From: a virus
Length of the DNA stretch: 64,000 bases
Virus record (IMG/VR): IMGVR_UViG_2842357229_000002
Coordinates: 300-64,299 of that record
Reading direction: 5' to 3' (one strand)
Positions 1 through 8,888 of the stretch are shown here, in pieces; positions within the stretch are counted from its first letter, which is position 1, and the number at the start of each line of letters is the position of its first letter. The notes beneath the pieces were generated by a model. That model did no database searches. It had not been told where the DNA came from and was given only the letters and a program-made list of their open reading frames with translations. The translations under genes and the position numbers were made by a program.

Positions 1-448
1 AGAGAGTCCACATGGCGCTAAGTAATGTCGCCTCATCTGCCGATAGTTGCCTGACGATCTGAGAGAAAGCGGGATGCGCATTATGAACGCGCGTCTGGTC
101 CATGCTACTGCTCAGAAGCTGTGAGAACATCTCAGATATCGGGCTATCCTCGGGTTCATACCGTATTCCTTCAAGGACCGGTCCTAACACCTGCGGAGGA
201 GGTGGAAGTCGGTTATCTTCTGGAACGCGGCGAACGGACTTATCGAGGAAGTTTCTATATCGGTCCTGCAGCGCGGCGGCATACTGTATAGGCGCGAGGG
301 TAAGAAGAACTGTCTTCGTAATATCCTCTACAATATTTCCGACCTGCCGAGCACCGGGTTTTACTGCATCGTCATAGGCGTCTTTGACTGGAATCTGCTT
401 TGCAACTTCGACAGCTACCGCTGTAGCCAGGTCAACCTCTTCTGCCAT
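1..448 (-). CDS. DUF4393/Abi-alpha-like protein, partial (runs off the left edge; absent from the ORF track)
   Basis: Open frame from ATG 448: MAEEVDLATAVAVEVAKQIPVKDAYDDAVKPGARQVG...EMFSQLLSSSMDQTRVHNAHPAFSQIVRQLSADEATLL; the AHPAF..I..QLS.DEA..L motif is typical of DUF4393. Confidence 0.7.
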   Translation of the reverse strand, partial: MAEEVDLATAVAVEVAKQIPVKDAYDDAVKPGARQVGNIVEDITKTVLLTLAPIQYAAALQDRYRNFLDKSVRRVPEDNRLPPPPQVLGPVLEGIRYEPEDSPISEMFSQLLSSSMDQTRVHNAHPAFSQIVRQLSADEATLLSAMWTL

Positions 449-502
449 CGCCGTCTACCCTGAACGCGGATTGAGTTATTGTAGCAATAAGCCTGCCGAT
501 CT

Positions 503-850
503 TCATCGACGAAGGTCATCTCGCATTGATTCTATCAGTCCGCTGAACGCCGACTCCCGTTCAGACCGTGGCCTATCGTTTGTTTCCACGATGGCCTGGG
601 CGAAACGCGCTGCGTCCGGCGACCCGAAAAGCTGGCAGCGGGTTTGCCAAAGAGCAAAATCCTTTGAGTTTTCGTCTGAAGGTTGCACCGCTGCTTTATG
701 GAGCGCTCCGAGAAGTCCTAGATAGGCTTCCCGCTTCTCCTGATACAGGCGGTCTTTCATCACTGCCCTGCGACTATTGAAATTGTCGATAACCGACTTC
801 AGTAGCGATCCGATACCAAGGCCACCGATTAGCGGCAAAACCCAATCCAT
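503..850 (-). CDS. Hypothetical protein with N-terminal membrane anchor
   Basis: MDWVLPLIGGLGIGSLLKSVID followed by a charged helical region; co-oriented with neighbours. Confidence 0.6.
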   Translation of the reverse strand: MDWVLPLIGGLGIGSLLKSVIDNFNSRRAVMKDRLYQEKREAYLGLLGALHKAAVQPSDENSKDFALWQTRCQLFGSPDAARFAQAIVETNDRPRSERESAFSGLIESMRDDLRR

Positions 851-860
851 GCTCAGTGCC

Positions 861-1588
861 TCACCAAATTTTTGACCATCGTTTGAAGGCAGCAACGTCA
901 GCCTTCGTCAGCTTGAACCATTCCCCACGTGTCCGCTTCGCGGCAAAGCGTTTATGCCAATACGCTTCAATGCCTGCCGGATCGTCGGTTAAGATCGAAT
1001 GGACAAGCTCGATTTCCTGAGGAAGCTCGATCTGGATTTGCCGACCGCGCTTATTGAGTGAGGTCGTGAAGCCGATCTTGTAATCCGTGCCGTGGCGCTG
1101 CATGTAGACGTAGCCGACTAAAGTGGCCGCATTGTCACGGTCGTAGTCGACGTTCTGACGGCGCGGAATGTATGCCCGCGCGAACGAAGCGACCTCTACC
1201 TCACCAGCTCGGTCAGCGTGCTCTGCAAGGGCTGTCGCCAATTCGGCCACGCCCCAACGTTTCAACAAGGTTTTCCGATCGGGACTGTTAGGACGGTGAT
1301 GAAATTCAAAATCGAGGTCGGAAGTCGTCGGGAAGCGGCCTAGTGCTTTAGCAATGTCCATCACCAGCTCCAAGAGAGCGTCTTCGCTCCATGCGACCTG
1401 AAGTTCATTCGGTGCCAGTCCTGCCTCAGCAACGGCATCACTCCAGTTTCGCCAAATCTTTCCCTGCCACTCGTGACGCTTAATTCCCGTCTCCGCTTCG
1501 AACTTCGCATGCCCGGCGATTTGCCGCCGTTATCAGCCGCAACTTGCCGGATCTTAAGAAGTATGTCCTGCTTCTTGTAATCGCTCAC
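861..1588 (-). pseudogene. GIY-YIG (T5orf172/MUG113-like) nuclease with N-terminal helical domain, split by a one-base frameshift near 1502
   Basis: GTG 1588 MSDYKKQDILLKIRQVAADNGGKSPGMR continues in the shifted frame as FEAETGIKRHEWQGKIWRNWSDAVAEAGL...; C-terminus GYVYMQRHGTDYKIGFT...RGEWF. Confidence 0.7.
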
Positions 1589-1784
1589 TCGGCTGATTCC
1601 CGTTGTGGGCGTATTTTGCTCACGACTACACAAAAAGAAAAGCCCGCCGAGTATCCGACCTGATATCCTCTCGCGATGGCGAAGATTGACTCGGAAAGAT
1701 CGTACGCATTGCCCGTCAAACCGGCAGCACCCATCGGGGACATTGCTGCGCGAAGGAACTTAGACACTCCCTCAGAAAAATTCC

Positions 1785-2519
1785 TCAGTTTGACGACGAG
1801 CCTCGTTTCACTGGACCTAGATTTCGCCGATAACTGTATGGATCGGGCGCAGGAAGGCCCTTTGGCATAGCAACCTCTAAGCAGTAACGTGTATGCGCTT
1901 CGGCCGCCCGCGCCACCTCCGCATCAAGCTTCGTGACAGTGTCCCAGAACGCTTGCGGCCCTTCTGGTCGGGTTTCATCAGCTGCATTGAGTACAGTTGG
2001 AGCCCAAAGGCGAAGAAGTTGGAGCAAGGGTAGAAGTGGATAGCGATACCCATCTACCGTCACACCGGCAGAGAGATCGCCTGCATGCCCTCCCCTTCCT
2101 ACAACGAAAAAGCCAAAGCCATCTCTTTCATGACCAGACCAGATTTGCTGGCCAAGCTCCAGTTGATGTTCTAACACCGACGGTGCACCCAATGTAGGCC
2201 GCCAAGAAACACCCGCATCACCACCATCACCACCAATTGCCATTCCATCGCCAGCAACATTCGCGCTACCACCATTACCCCCGCCGCCGTGCAAGCCTCC
2301 CCGACCTCCTCGGCCGCCAATTGCTGAACCATCGCCGCTAACGCTTGCGTTGCCCCCTTGACCTCCACGTCCAAGCGGCATTTCGTCGTGCGATTTTCGT
2401 CGCAAGCGGATTACCCAAGCAACCGAACCACCAATAGCCGTAATGGCTGCAACCACAGCGCTAACGCCGCCAGAATATGTATTAATGGCGATCCACGTGT
2501 CTCCCAGCAATTCAAGCAT
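1785..2519 (-). CDS. Membrane-anchored protein with glycine-rich GGxGG repeats
   Basis: Hydrophobic GGVSAVVAAITAIGGSVAWVI then GRGGQGGNA, GGRGGRGG, GGNGGSA, GGDGGDA repeats; start placed at ATG 2519. Confidence 0.6.
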   Translation of the reverse strand: MLELLGDTWIAINTYSGGVSAVVAAITAIGGSVAWVIRLRRKSHDEMPLGRGGQGGNASVSGDGSAIGGRGGRGGLHGGGGNGGSANVAGDGMAIGGDGGDAGVSWRPTLGAPSVLEHQLELGQQIWSGHERDGFGFFVVGRGGHAGDLSAGVTVDGYRYPLLPLLQLLRLWAPTVLNAADETRPEGPQAFWDTVTKLDAEVARAAEAHTRYCLEVAMPKGLPAPDPYSYRRNLGPVKRGSSSN

Positions 2520-2956
2520 TGTAATGGCCCAATCTTGTAAAATCTCGCCAAGATTTAGTGATTGTCGTGCGATCCGGCAACGGCTTTGGGTCAAACCGAG
2601 GACGCAATCCCCTTTGCTTGTTTTGTACGTCACATATTTTTGAGCTGGTTTATGCAACACAATAGAAGCGTTGTGTGCCATCCCGCACGCCTGACACCAA
2701 ATCATCAAGCATAAGTCGAGCGTCGGCCTATTGTGACAATCAGACACCCTTGAGGCGAGTACGAACCAAACGCAGATGCCTCGGAATTACCCTCTCGGAA
2801 GAGGGCACACCAAATCGCCGTCCCAGACCACGGTTATCCACAGGTTTAAGTCTTCAGATGTCGAAAGGAACAGAAAAGGAACAACTATCAATATGCTCCT
2901 GCGATGTGATACAATCGTGATCTACCGGTAGCTGCGTGATTTCGCAACTAACATCG

Positions 2957-2991
2957 AAAACCTCTTATGCCATTGGAATAAAAGAGGTTTT
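2957..2991. terminator. Inverted repeat immediately 3' of the tRNA fragment
   Basis: AAAACCTCTT (2957-2966) / AAGAGGTTTT (2982-2991). Confidence 0.5.
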
Positions 2992-3042
<51 letters not shown>

Positions 3043-3566
3043 CTTTATTCAATGAATTTCAATTACTTGATTTCAAACTAGCTTAAATTTGGCATACCAG
3101 AATTCAACAAGTTAAAGCCCGTTTGCAAACTGAAAAGATTGTGGCAAACGGGCTATTTTTGTGTCCGGCACAATCTTCGCATCCTAATTATATCTCATGC
3201 CCTCCGCACACATTTGTCACTTCTTCACAACATACATCTAACGCAAGGGCACCCTCATAAATTAACGTATTGCGCGATAGCCCGTTTTACTTATTAATCA
3301 ACCTTGGGCTTAGACACCCTGATCATCGCTAGGCTCGCACAAGTTTGTGAGCCGAACTACTGCGCAGCTTAGCGGCTGGCGCATTCACCTGGCCTTTGCG
3401 GGCCGGGGGCAATGCGTCGCGCGTGCGTAACAGCACGTGCACAGCGCGTGCTTCGGCGCGCGCATATGTCCAAGGCTCGCCTAAAGGCGCATTGGCTGGT
3501 CGCGATGACTGGTGTCTAACCCCCGGCTCGGCGCCGACAGCCGCCTTGGGGGGTTCATAAGAAAAA

Positions 3567-3785
3567 ATGTCACTAGCAATGGACGATGGGAGAAACGCCA
3601 GAGTTAGAGTTTTCAATAAAGAGTGGAAATTTCGAATCGGGCAAATTGTTTCATTTGGGAATTTATCGGCGATCGTTATGTCGCGGCAGTGTTCCGCCAT
3701 GGGGCGACAGATCTACTATCTGTGGATTGTCGACTGTGAGGACGGGTGGAAACTGCGCTGGGTTCTGGCCGACTGTATTGAATGA
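3567..3785 (+). CDS. Hypothetical protein
   Basis: 72-aa ORF followed directly by a terminator hairpin. Confidence 0.45.
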   Translation: MSLAMDDGRNARVRVFNKEWKFRIGQIVSFGNLSAIVMSRQCSAMGRQIYYLWIVDCEDGWKLRWVLADCIE

Positions 3786-3812
3786 AAAAACCCGCCTTGT
3801 GAGGGCGGGTTT
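3785..3812. terminator. Bidirectional intrinsic terminator
   Basis: AAAAAA CCCGCC ttgtgag GGCGGG TTT between convergent genes. Confidence 0.65.
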
Positions 3813-3847
3813 GGTTGTTACTATCGCGTGTTTGAGATGCGGGAAAG

Positions 3848-4447
3848 TTACGCCGTCACCTTCAGCCGCTCAATCGCCTCGCTGGCCGACGCGCACTTCG
3901 GCCGATCGTCAACCAACCGACCGCTGGCCTGCGCATCGAGCAGGATAGCCATGCACGCCCTGACGTGCGCCAGGTGCGACGCGCCGCTCTCCTGATCAAC
4001 ATCCTCACCAGAGAACCATTGCAGCAAGTGGCGGATAGCCGCGCTGTAATAGGTGGTCGCATCAATCGGCTCGTCCTGCCAATTGAACGCACCGTACTTG
4101 GCAGCGCCTAGCGCCATCACGACGCTCTCCTCGATGATTGCCACGGGCGGGATGAACTGCGCCGACGGCTTGCGAACACCGAACGCGCGCTTGGGGTTGG
4201 TTGATGGTAGTTTGGTAATCTCCATGACTCGGTTGAACATGCTGCCGTTGTCGTTGGCCTCCGAGGCAGCAAGCGTAGCATGCACCCTTGGAAAGCGGTT
4301 CGCAGCCTTGTCGATCATGCCGTCATAGTCCACCTTCCCTATTGCCGCGCCAAGCGCGCGCAATTCGGAAGGGACGTTATTGTCATTGGCGCTACGCGAA
4401 GGTGCGGCGATGAGGTCGCCGTCGAGGTTGAATAGCGGGTTGTTCAT
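3848..4447 (-). CDS. dATP/dGTP diphosphohydrolase domain protein (DUF5664)
   Basis: KPSAQFIPP...VMALGAAKYGAFNW...YYSAAIRHL...DQESGASHLAHVRAC. Confidence 0.85.
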   Translation of the reverse strand: MNNPLFNLDGDLIAAPSRSANDNNVPSELRALGAAIGKVDYDGMIDKAANRFPRVHATLAASEANDNGSMFNRVMEITKLPSTNPKRAFGVRKPSAQFIPPVAIIEESVVMALGAAKYGAFNWQDEPIDATTYYSAAIRHLLQWFSGEDVDQESGASHLAHVRACMAILLDAQASGRLVDDRPKCASASEAIERLKVTA

Positions 4448-4845
4448 ACGGTCTCCTCCAATTCTGCCAATGCTCGCTCGTACTTCTCGCGAAGGTGCGC
4501 AGCGCCAGGGCGAAGGTTGTCTTTGATGTCGGCGATCTTGACTCGCCGCGAGATCGGGTTGGCCTTTGCGCGTTCGATGAACGCCTCGTACGGCTCGTGC
4601 TTGCGCCGCGTTAGTGCGCCCACCGCATATGTGACTTCAGGAGCGAAGCCAGCCATAGCCAGATCCGTAAGATCACATTCGCAGTCCTCAACGACATCAT
4701 GGAGAACGCCGACTATTTGATCCACTTCGCCACTCAGCGAAAGCATGACGCGAAGTGGGTGGAGGATGTACGGCTGGCCGCTTTTGTCGACTTGTCCATG
4801 GTGCAATTCCGCCGCCATCTGTATTGCTGTGCGTAGGTCGCTCAT
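4444..4845 (-). CDS. Stand-alone HD-domain hydrolase of the RelA/SpoT hydrolase (small alarmone hydrolase) type
   Basis: AAELHHGQVDKSGQPYILHPLRV...VLHDVVED...VKIADIKDN. Confidence 0.8.
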   Translation of the reverse strand: MSDLRTAIQMAAELHHGQVDKSGQPYILHPLRVMLSLSGEVDQIVGVLHDVVEDCECDLTDLAMAGFAPEVTYAVGALTRRKHEPYEAFIERAKANPISRRVKIADIKDNLRPGAAHLREKYERALAELEETV

Positions 4846-5051
4846 TTTCCCTCCTTGAGTGCGGCGTCGATGGCGCGACGCCAAAGTTCCGTGGTCGTGG
4901 CGCCTGCGTTCAGGATTGGATGACCAGCAGGTAGATCACGCATCGCCTCGATTGCGGCGCGGGCGGCAGGTACGCACAATTCCCATTTGCTGTCGGTCGG
5001 CAGTTCGGCAAGGCATATCGCCCGCGCTACCTTCTCAATCATCTCGCTCAA
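4842..5051 (-). CDS. Hypothetical phage protein
   Basis: 69 aa, ATGA-type overlaps with both neighbours. Confidence 0.6.
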   Translation of the reverse strand: MSEMIEKVARAICLAELPTDSKWELCVPAARAAIEAMRDLPAGHPILNAGATTTELWRRAIDAALKEGK

Positions 5052-5833
5052 GCCGCCACCCTCCTATTCGTCAACGCCTCAAACGTAATCAAAAACTCCG
5101 TCTCAGCCGCAGCCGGCGACCAGCAACCTATCCGCACGCCCAACAGCTCGTTATACCGCGCATGCCAAGCCATCGGCGCCATGTTGACGAGCTCGTCGCC
5201 AATGATGCGGTTGTCTGCTTCGTGGACTTCGGCAGGCAATTCGCGCGCCAGTCCGAACCGCGCGGCTATCGCCAGCCAGTTGCGGCTTTCGATATCCTTG
5301 TAGTTCGCTAGGAACGGCTTGAGCGGGCGCGGCACGTCTACGACGTACGCTTCTGTGGCGTCGTGCAGCAAGCCATGCAGCGCCATGGCCGGGCCGTACT
5401 TACGTTGCAGCCAGCGGGCGATATGAACGCTGTGCTCGGCTACGCTGTAAAAGGAAATGGCGTGGCCGGCGTAGCGGCATTGCAGGGACAGGCTGTGGGC
5501 GATGTCTTCGATGAAGACTTCTTCGGCGCGCGGATCGCAAGGCCAATATTTGCCGCCGCGGTAAGTCTGCATGAAGTCGCCTTCACGACGAGCGAGCCCA
5601 ATATACCCACCAACCGCAAATCCAGCCGACGCGCCGGATTCGTCAACGACTAGGCCGCCCGTTTCGCCGTACCGCTTAGCGCCAGTAAAGGCGTCATTCG
5701 CCGCCACATACTTCTCGGGCGGCACGGGTTGCGCGCCGTAGCCGGGGATCATAAGCAGTTCGTTATAAGGTTGTGGCGAAACATTATAACCATCGCCGTC
5801 CTCGTTGGGGATTCTTCCGCCGAATAGGGTCAT
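5048..5833 (-). CDS. HD-domain 5'-deoxynucleotidase-like protein (YfbR/YfdR type)
   Basis: IEDIAHSLSLQCRYAGH...YSVAEHSV...LLHDATEAYVVDVPRPLK. Confidence 0.8.
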   Translation of the reverse strand: MTLFGGRIPNEDGDGYNVSPQPYNELLMIPGYGAQPVPPEKYVAANDAFTGAKRYGETGGLVVDESGASAGFAVGGYIGLARREGDFMQTYRGGKYWPCDPRAEEVFIEDIAHSLSLQCRYAGHAISFYSVAEHSVHIARWLQRKYGPAMALHGLLHDATEAYVVDVPRPLKPFLANYKDIESRNWLAIAARFGLARELPAEVHEADNRIIGDELVNMAPMAWHARYNELLGVRIGCWSPAAAETEFLITFEALTNRRVAA

Positions 5834-6009
5834 TGTGCGGCCTCCTTCTCTTCCCAAAAACGGCAATACTTGGCGCCGATGCCGGCCTCCTTTTCGGGGT
5901 AGCCATCGCGCACTAGCGTGTCTTCAAGGGTTTCGCCTGGATGGGGGTTATAGACGCGCGGGAAGCCGTGACGCCAGCCGCCTGGCGGGTCGTAAATGGT
6001 GGTGGTCAT
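5830..6009 (-). CDS. Hypothetical 59-aa protein (not in ORF track)
   Basis: MTTTIYDPPGGWRHGFPRVYNP...RFWEEKEAAQ; GAGGAGAC RBS; ATGA overlap with the next gene. Confidence 0.6.
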   Translation of the reverse strand: MTTTIYDPPGGWRHGFPRVYNPHPGETLEDTLVRDGYPEKEAGIGAKYCRFWEEKEAAQ

Positions 6010-6061
6010 GAAGTCTCCTCTTCTGTGGTGTGATTGCCGATTGGTGGTCGGCGGGTGGTGG

Positions 6062-6232
6062 TTATTTCAGACGGATTGCACCGGGCATCTTCCCGCCTCC
6101 CCAATGCCGGGTGCACGCCTCATAATTGTGATCGCGCCCGCCGCAATACGTGCAGCGCAGATTGCTTGCCGTGCCGTTAGACGGGCAGCATGTGTAAGGG
6201 TGCCCGTCTTTGCCGCAGTAGCCGCACCGCAT
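6062..6232 (-). CDS. Small protein with two CCHC zinc knuckles
   Basis: CGYCGKDGHPYTCC and CTYCGGRDHNYEAC both fit CX2CX4HX4C; TGATG coupling to the upstream gene. Confidence 0.7.
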   Translation of the reverse strand: MRCGYCGKDGHPYTCCPSNGTASNLRCTYCGGRDHNYEACTRHWGGGKMPGAIRLK

Positions 6233-6444
6233 CAGACGCTCCATCCCATGAACTTCTTGAGGGTGTCACCTATGCGCGCAGCGACACCACAATGCTCTTG
6301 CGTCCGTCCGTAGGTAGTCATGTGCTCGCCGTGCGGCTCGGGGGAGTCATGGCATCGGCGAGCGTAGATGACGACTTGGTCGTAACCATAGTTCTTGGCG
6401 ATCATTTCCGCCGTGCTGATGGGGATGTCACGCATCGTACTCAC
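6232..6444 (-). CDS. Hypothetical phage protein
   Basis: 70 aa, coupled to neighbours. Confidence 0.6.
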   Translation of the reverse strand: MSTMRDIPISTAEMIAKNYGYDQVVIYARRCHDSPEPHGEHMTTYGRTQEHCGVAARIGDTLKKFMGWSV

Positions 6445-6599
6445 GCCACCCTCCTCTGCTCTGCCGGCACGTTGTCGTTTGCATTTGCGTAAAGCTCCGC
6501 CTGACGGATAACATCCAACTCCTGAACCTCATCAGACTGCGCCGCCACCCACGCATCAAATTCAACAATGGCCAGTTCAACTATTTCGTTGCCGGTCAC
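6441..6599 (-). CDS. Hypothetical 52-aa protein (not in ORF track)
   Basis: GTG start overlapping the upstream stop; MTGNEIVELAIVEFDAW...ANANDNVPAEQRRVA. Confidence 0.55.
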   Translation of the reverse strand: MTGNEIVELAIVEFDAWVAAQSDEVQELDVIRQAELYANANDNVPAEQRRVA

Positions 6600-7843
6600 G
6601 CCGCAGCCCTCAATGGAGCGTTGTCGTTTGCTGCATCAAGCATCGCGACACGAACACGCGAAATCTCGCCGTACTCCCTGTGGTAGGTGATCGTCTGCAG
6701 CGAACGGCCAGACAGGAAGCCGGAGCCGAAATGCCAAGCATCCTGCGGTATCGGTGCTTGGTGTGATTCCATAATCACGCCACCACCCTCCGTCGCAAGC
6801 TTAGACTTGTGGTGGACGTGGAATCCGTGGGCGTACCTGAACTTTGACGCTCCCCAGTCCTCGGCTCTGCGGTGCGCCATTATTCCCGGCATGTCCTGCA
6901 GCTTGGCCTCGTGGCCGTGTGTCGCAGAAATCATCACCTTGTCATAGCGACGATGGAAGAAGAGCGATTTGTCGAGATCTACGATGACACGAGGCTCGTT
7001 GCGATACCAAGCGTGCAGGAACCACGCGATTGCCGGCGCCGTCTCCTCGTCGTGGTTGCCCTTGAGATTGCGAACCTCAACGACAGCATTGCGTCTTAGC
7101 GCAGCGTCAATGGTGCGGACTAGAAGCCTGCCCGCAGTCTCCGTGACCTTGGTGTGCCTGCCGTCGACATCGAGGACGTTCTTGGATCTCGATGTCCTGT
7201 TCTCGTTGTTGTCTGCGTGTGTTAGGTCGCCTCCACCAAGAACGATTGCCACCCCGCTTGCCGGTGATCTGGCGACAGCCTCCTCAATACCGCGACCAAT
7301 GACGCGTTCCGCTATTTTCAGATCCCAGTTTTCGTCTGTCTCCTGGCTCCACGCGAACATTCCGACGTGCCAGTCATTGCATGGAATGAGCGTAACGAGC
7401 TCTTCTTGGACGTGTTCCGGCGCGGGCGTCGGGATGGCTGCCGGCTCATAGTTGGAGAATGCCGCCTTCAACGTTTCGGCGATGTCGATCGCCGACGGCT
7501 CTTCCCTCGTCTTCACCCACTTAAGGACTTCCCGCCCCTCTTCGTCGACGAGGGCCGAGACGCCTTTTATCGTATGGCCAGCCGGTACTTCAAATTCGGC
7601 GCCATGCTCGCGTCGCTGTTTGATATAGTCGCCGTTCGGCGTGTTGCTGACCTGCGCAATACGAAAACCCGGCAGCACTGGCTTCGTTCCCAACATCCCC
7701 CGCTCCGATGCAATCTTCAAGCGCGACTGAAAAGTAGTGCGGGACAGATGCAGAAAATCGGCCGCCGCTTGCTGCGAGCCAAGCGCGATGAACGCGTCGG
7801 CGGCTTCCTTGGCTAGTTCGTCTGATAATGGGCGAGTGGGCAA
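6596..7843 (-). CDS. Calcineurin-like metallophosphoesterase with N-terminal HTH
   Basis: NDWHVG, GGGDLTHAD, KGNHD, THGH, HGFHVHH motifs. Confidence 0.8.
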   Translation of the reverse strand: MPTRPLSDELAKEAADAFIALGSQQAAADFLHLSRTTFQSRLKIASERGMLGTKPVLPGFRIAQVSNTPNGDYIKQRREHGAEFEVPAGHTIKGVSALVDEEGREVLKWVKTREEPSAIDIAETLKAAFSNYEPAAIPTPAPEHVQEELVTLIPCNDWHVGMFAWSQETDENWDLKIAERVIGRGIEEAVARSPASGVAIVLGGGDLTHADNNENRTSRSKNVLDVDGRHTKVTETAGRLLVRTIDAALRRNAVVEVRNLKGNHDEETAPAIAWFLHAWYRNEPRVIVDLDKSLFFHRRYDKVMISATHGHEAKLQDMPGIMAHRRAEDWGASKFRYAHGFHVHHKSKLATEGGGVIMESHQAPIPQDAWHFGSGFLSGRSLQTITYHREYGEISRVRVAMLDAANDNAPLRAAA

Positions 7844-7845
7844 GA

Positions 7846-8085
7846 TTAGGATTCCTTCTTTCTTGCGGCGAGCATGGCGTCGGCATAGGCGTAAGAATCA
7901 TGTGCCAATCGCGCTGGCTCGAGATGTGATCCTGGCTCGCCAGCAAGAGCGCCGGCCATTGCCTTTATTGCCGCGTAATCGCGCAGCGACATGCCGCTAT
8001 TCAGGTGAACTGTTGTTCTGCCGTAGAAATCTTTAGTTTCGTGCGCACGCGGAAACGCAGCCCCGCCGTCATCAATCTTCACCAT
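7846..8085 (-). CDS. Conserved hypothetical phage protein
   Basis: DDGGAAFP...GMSLRDYAAIKAMAGALA pattern common in phage early proteins. Confidence 0.65.
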   Translation of the reverse strand: MVKIDDGGAAFPRAHETKDFYGRTTVHLNSGMSLRDYAAIKAMAGALAGEPGSHLEPARLAHDSYAYADAMLAARKKES

Positions 8086-8747
8086 CACGCCCGCCCCATC
8101 AGCATACAAACAGTCGAAGACGGCACGACCATACCAAAGCCGGCAAGCGACGGCGTAGCGCCAATAATGCCGCCGGGGAGGCTGGCAGACGCAACGCCTA
8201 CCGTGATACCAACCACGCGCCCATCAGGCTCGAATACCGGCCCGCCACTGGCGCCCATGACGATCGTAATGTCGGTAATCAACACCTGACGCCACGGTCC
8301 GAGCGCGCGAACGTCGCCAGCGATGCGACCGAAGGAAGAAACGAATTCAAGGTCCATAGGATTGCCTGCGGCCTGAATTTCTTCGCCAGCCTTCGCGGTT
8401 CGGCAATCAAGCGCGCTTCCGACGGCGGGCAGACCGACGGCGCGCAACAACGCGATATCGTATTCTTTGTTTACCCAGAGTACGTCGGCATCCATCTCGC
8501 GACCGTCGTTCGTCTTGAGCTTCACCTTTGCGTTGCCATCAGCAACGTGGCCGGCCGTGATGACGTAGCCATTGCCGATGTTGACGCCGGAACCGTGGCC
8601 GTCTTTCTCGGTGACCTTGACGACGGATGCTTCGGAAATCGTGCGCGGCGCTGACGTCTGCGCCGGGGCGGTGGCATAGGTGATGCCGCTGAATAGAAGT
8701 GCGGTAAGCGCTAGAACAAAGACTGCGGCATATCTGTAGTATCTCAT
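8085..8747 (-). CDS. Exported trypsin-like (S1) serine protease
   Basis: Signal-peptide-like N-terminus; catalytic motifs TAGHV, YDIALL, GASGGP. Confidence 0.85.
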   Translation of the reverse strand: MRYYRYAAVFVLALTALLFSGITYATAPAQTSAPRTISEASVVKVTEKDGHGSGVNIGNGYVITAGHVADGNAKVKLKTNDGREMDADVLWVNKEYDIALLRAVGLPAVGSALDCRTAKAGEEIQAAGNPMDLEFVSSFGRIAGDVRALGPWRQVLITDITIVMGASGGPVFEPDGRVVGITVGVASASLPGGIIGATPSLAGFGMVVPSSTVCMLMGRA

Positions 8748-8805
8748 GGCTGTCTCCTCTCGTGGTGTGGTGGGTGGTCGAGGCTGGTTGGTTGCCAGTT
8801 TTATT

Positions 8806-8834
8806 ACATTGCTGTAAACTTACAAATTTGTCAA
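8806..8834 (-). promoter_or_regulatory. Sigma70-type promoter with embedded ACAAATTTGT operator
   Basis: TTGACA at 8834-8829 overlapping the palindrome at 8822-8831. Confidence 0.7.
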
Positions 8835-8853
8835 GGATGGCAAGAGTAGAAAC

Positions 8854-8888
8854 AAAAAATGCCGCCTCCCCGGTTAAGGAGAGGCGGC
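8854..8888 (-). terminator. Terminator at the end of the late operon
   Basis: GCCGCCTC...GAGGCGGC stem followed by ATTTTTT on the minus strand. Confidence 0.7.

Noticed and set aside
102-780. Plus-strand ORFs 102-377, 384-725 and 568-780
   Set aside because: Antisense to the DUF4393-like and TM genes, which have better protein-like sequence
3329-3700. 123-aa minus-strand ORF near att
   Set aside because: No RBS or motif, and it overlaps a more plausible plus-strand ORF with a terminator
3848-5833. 2-aminoadenine (Z) or other base-substitution pathway
   Set aside because: DUF5664 and HD hydrolases are present, but no PurZ, 7-deazaguanine genes or dedicated polymerase is seen in the window
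5885-5905. Apparent frameshift in the 5830-6009 ORF
   Set aside because: Re-reading gives TAC CCC GAA AAG GAG in frame; the ORF is intact
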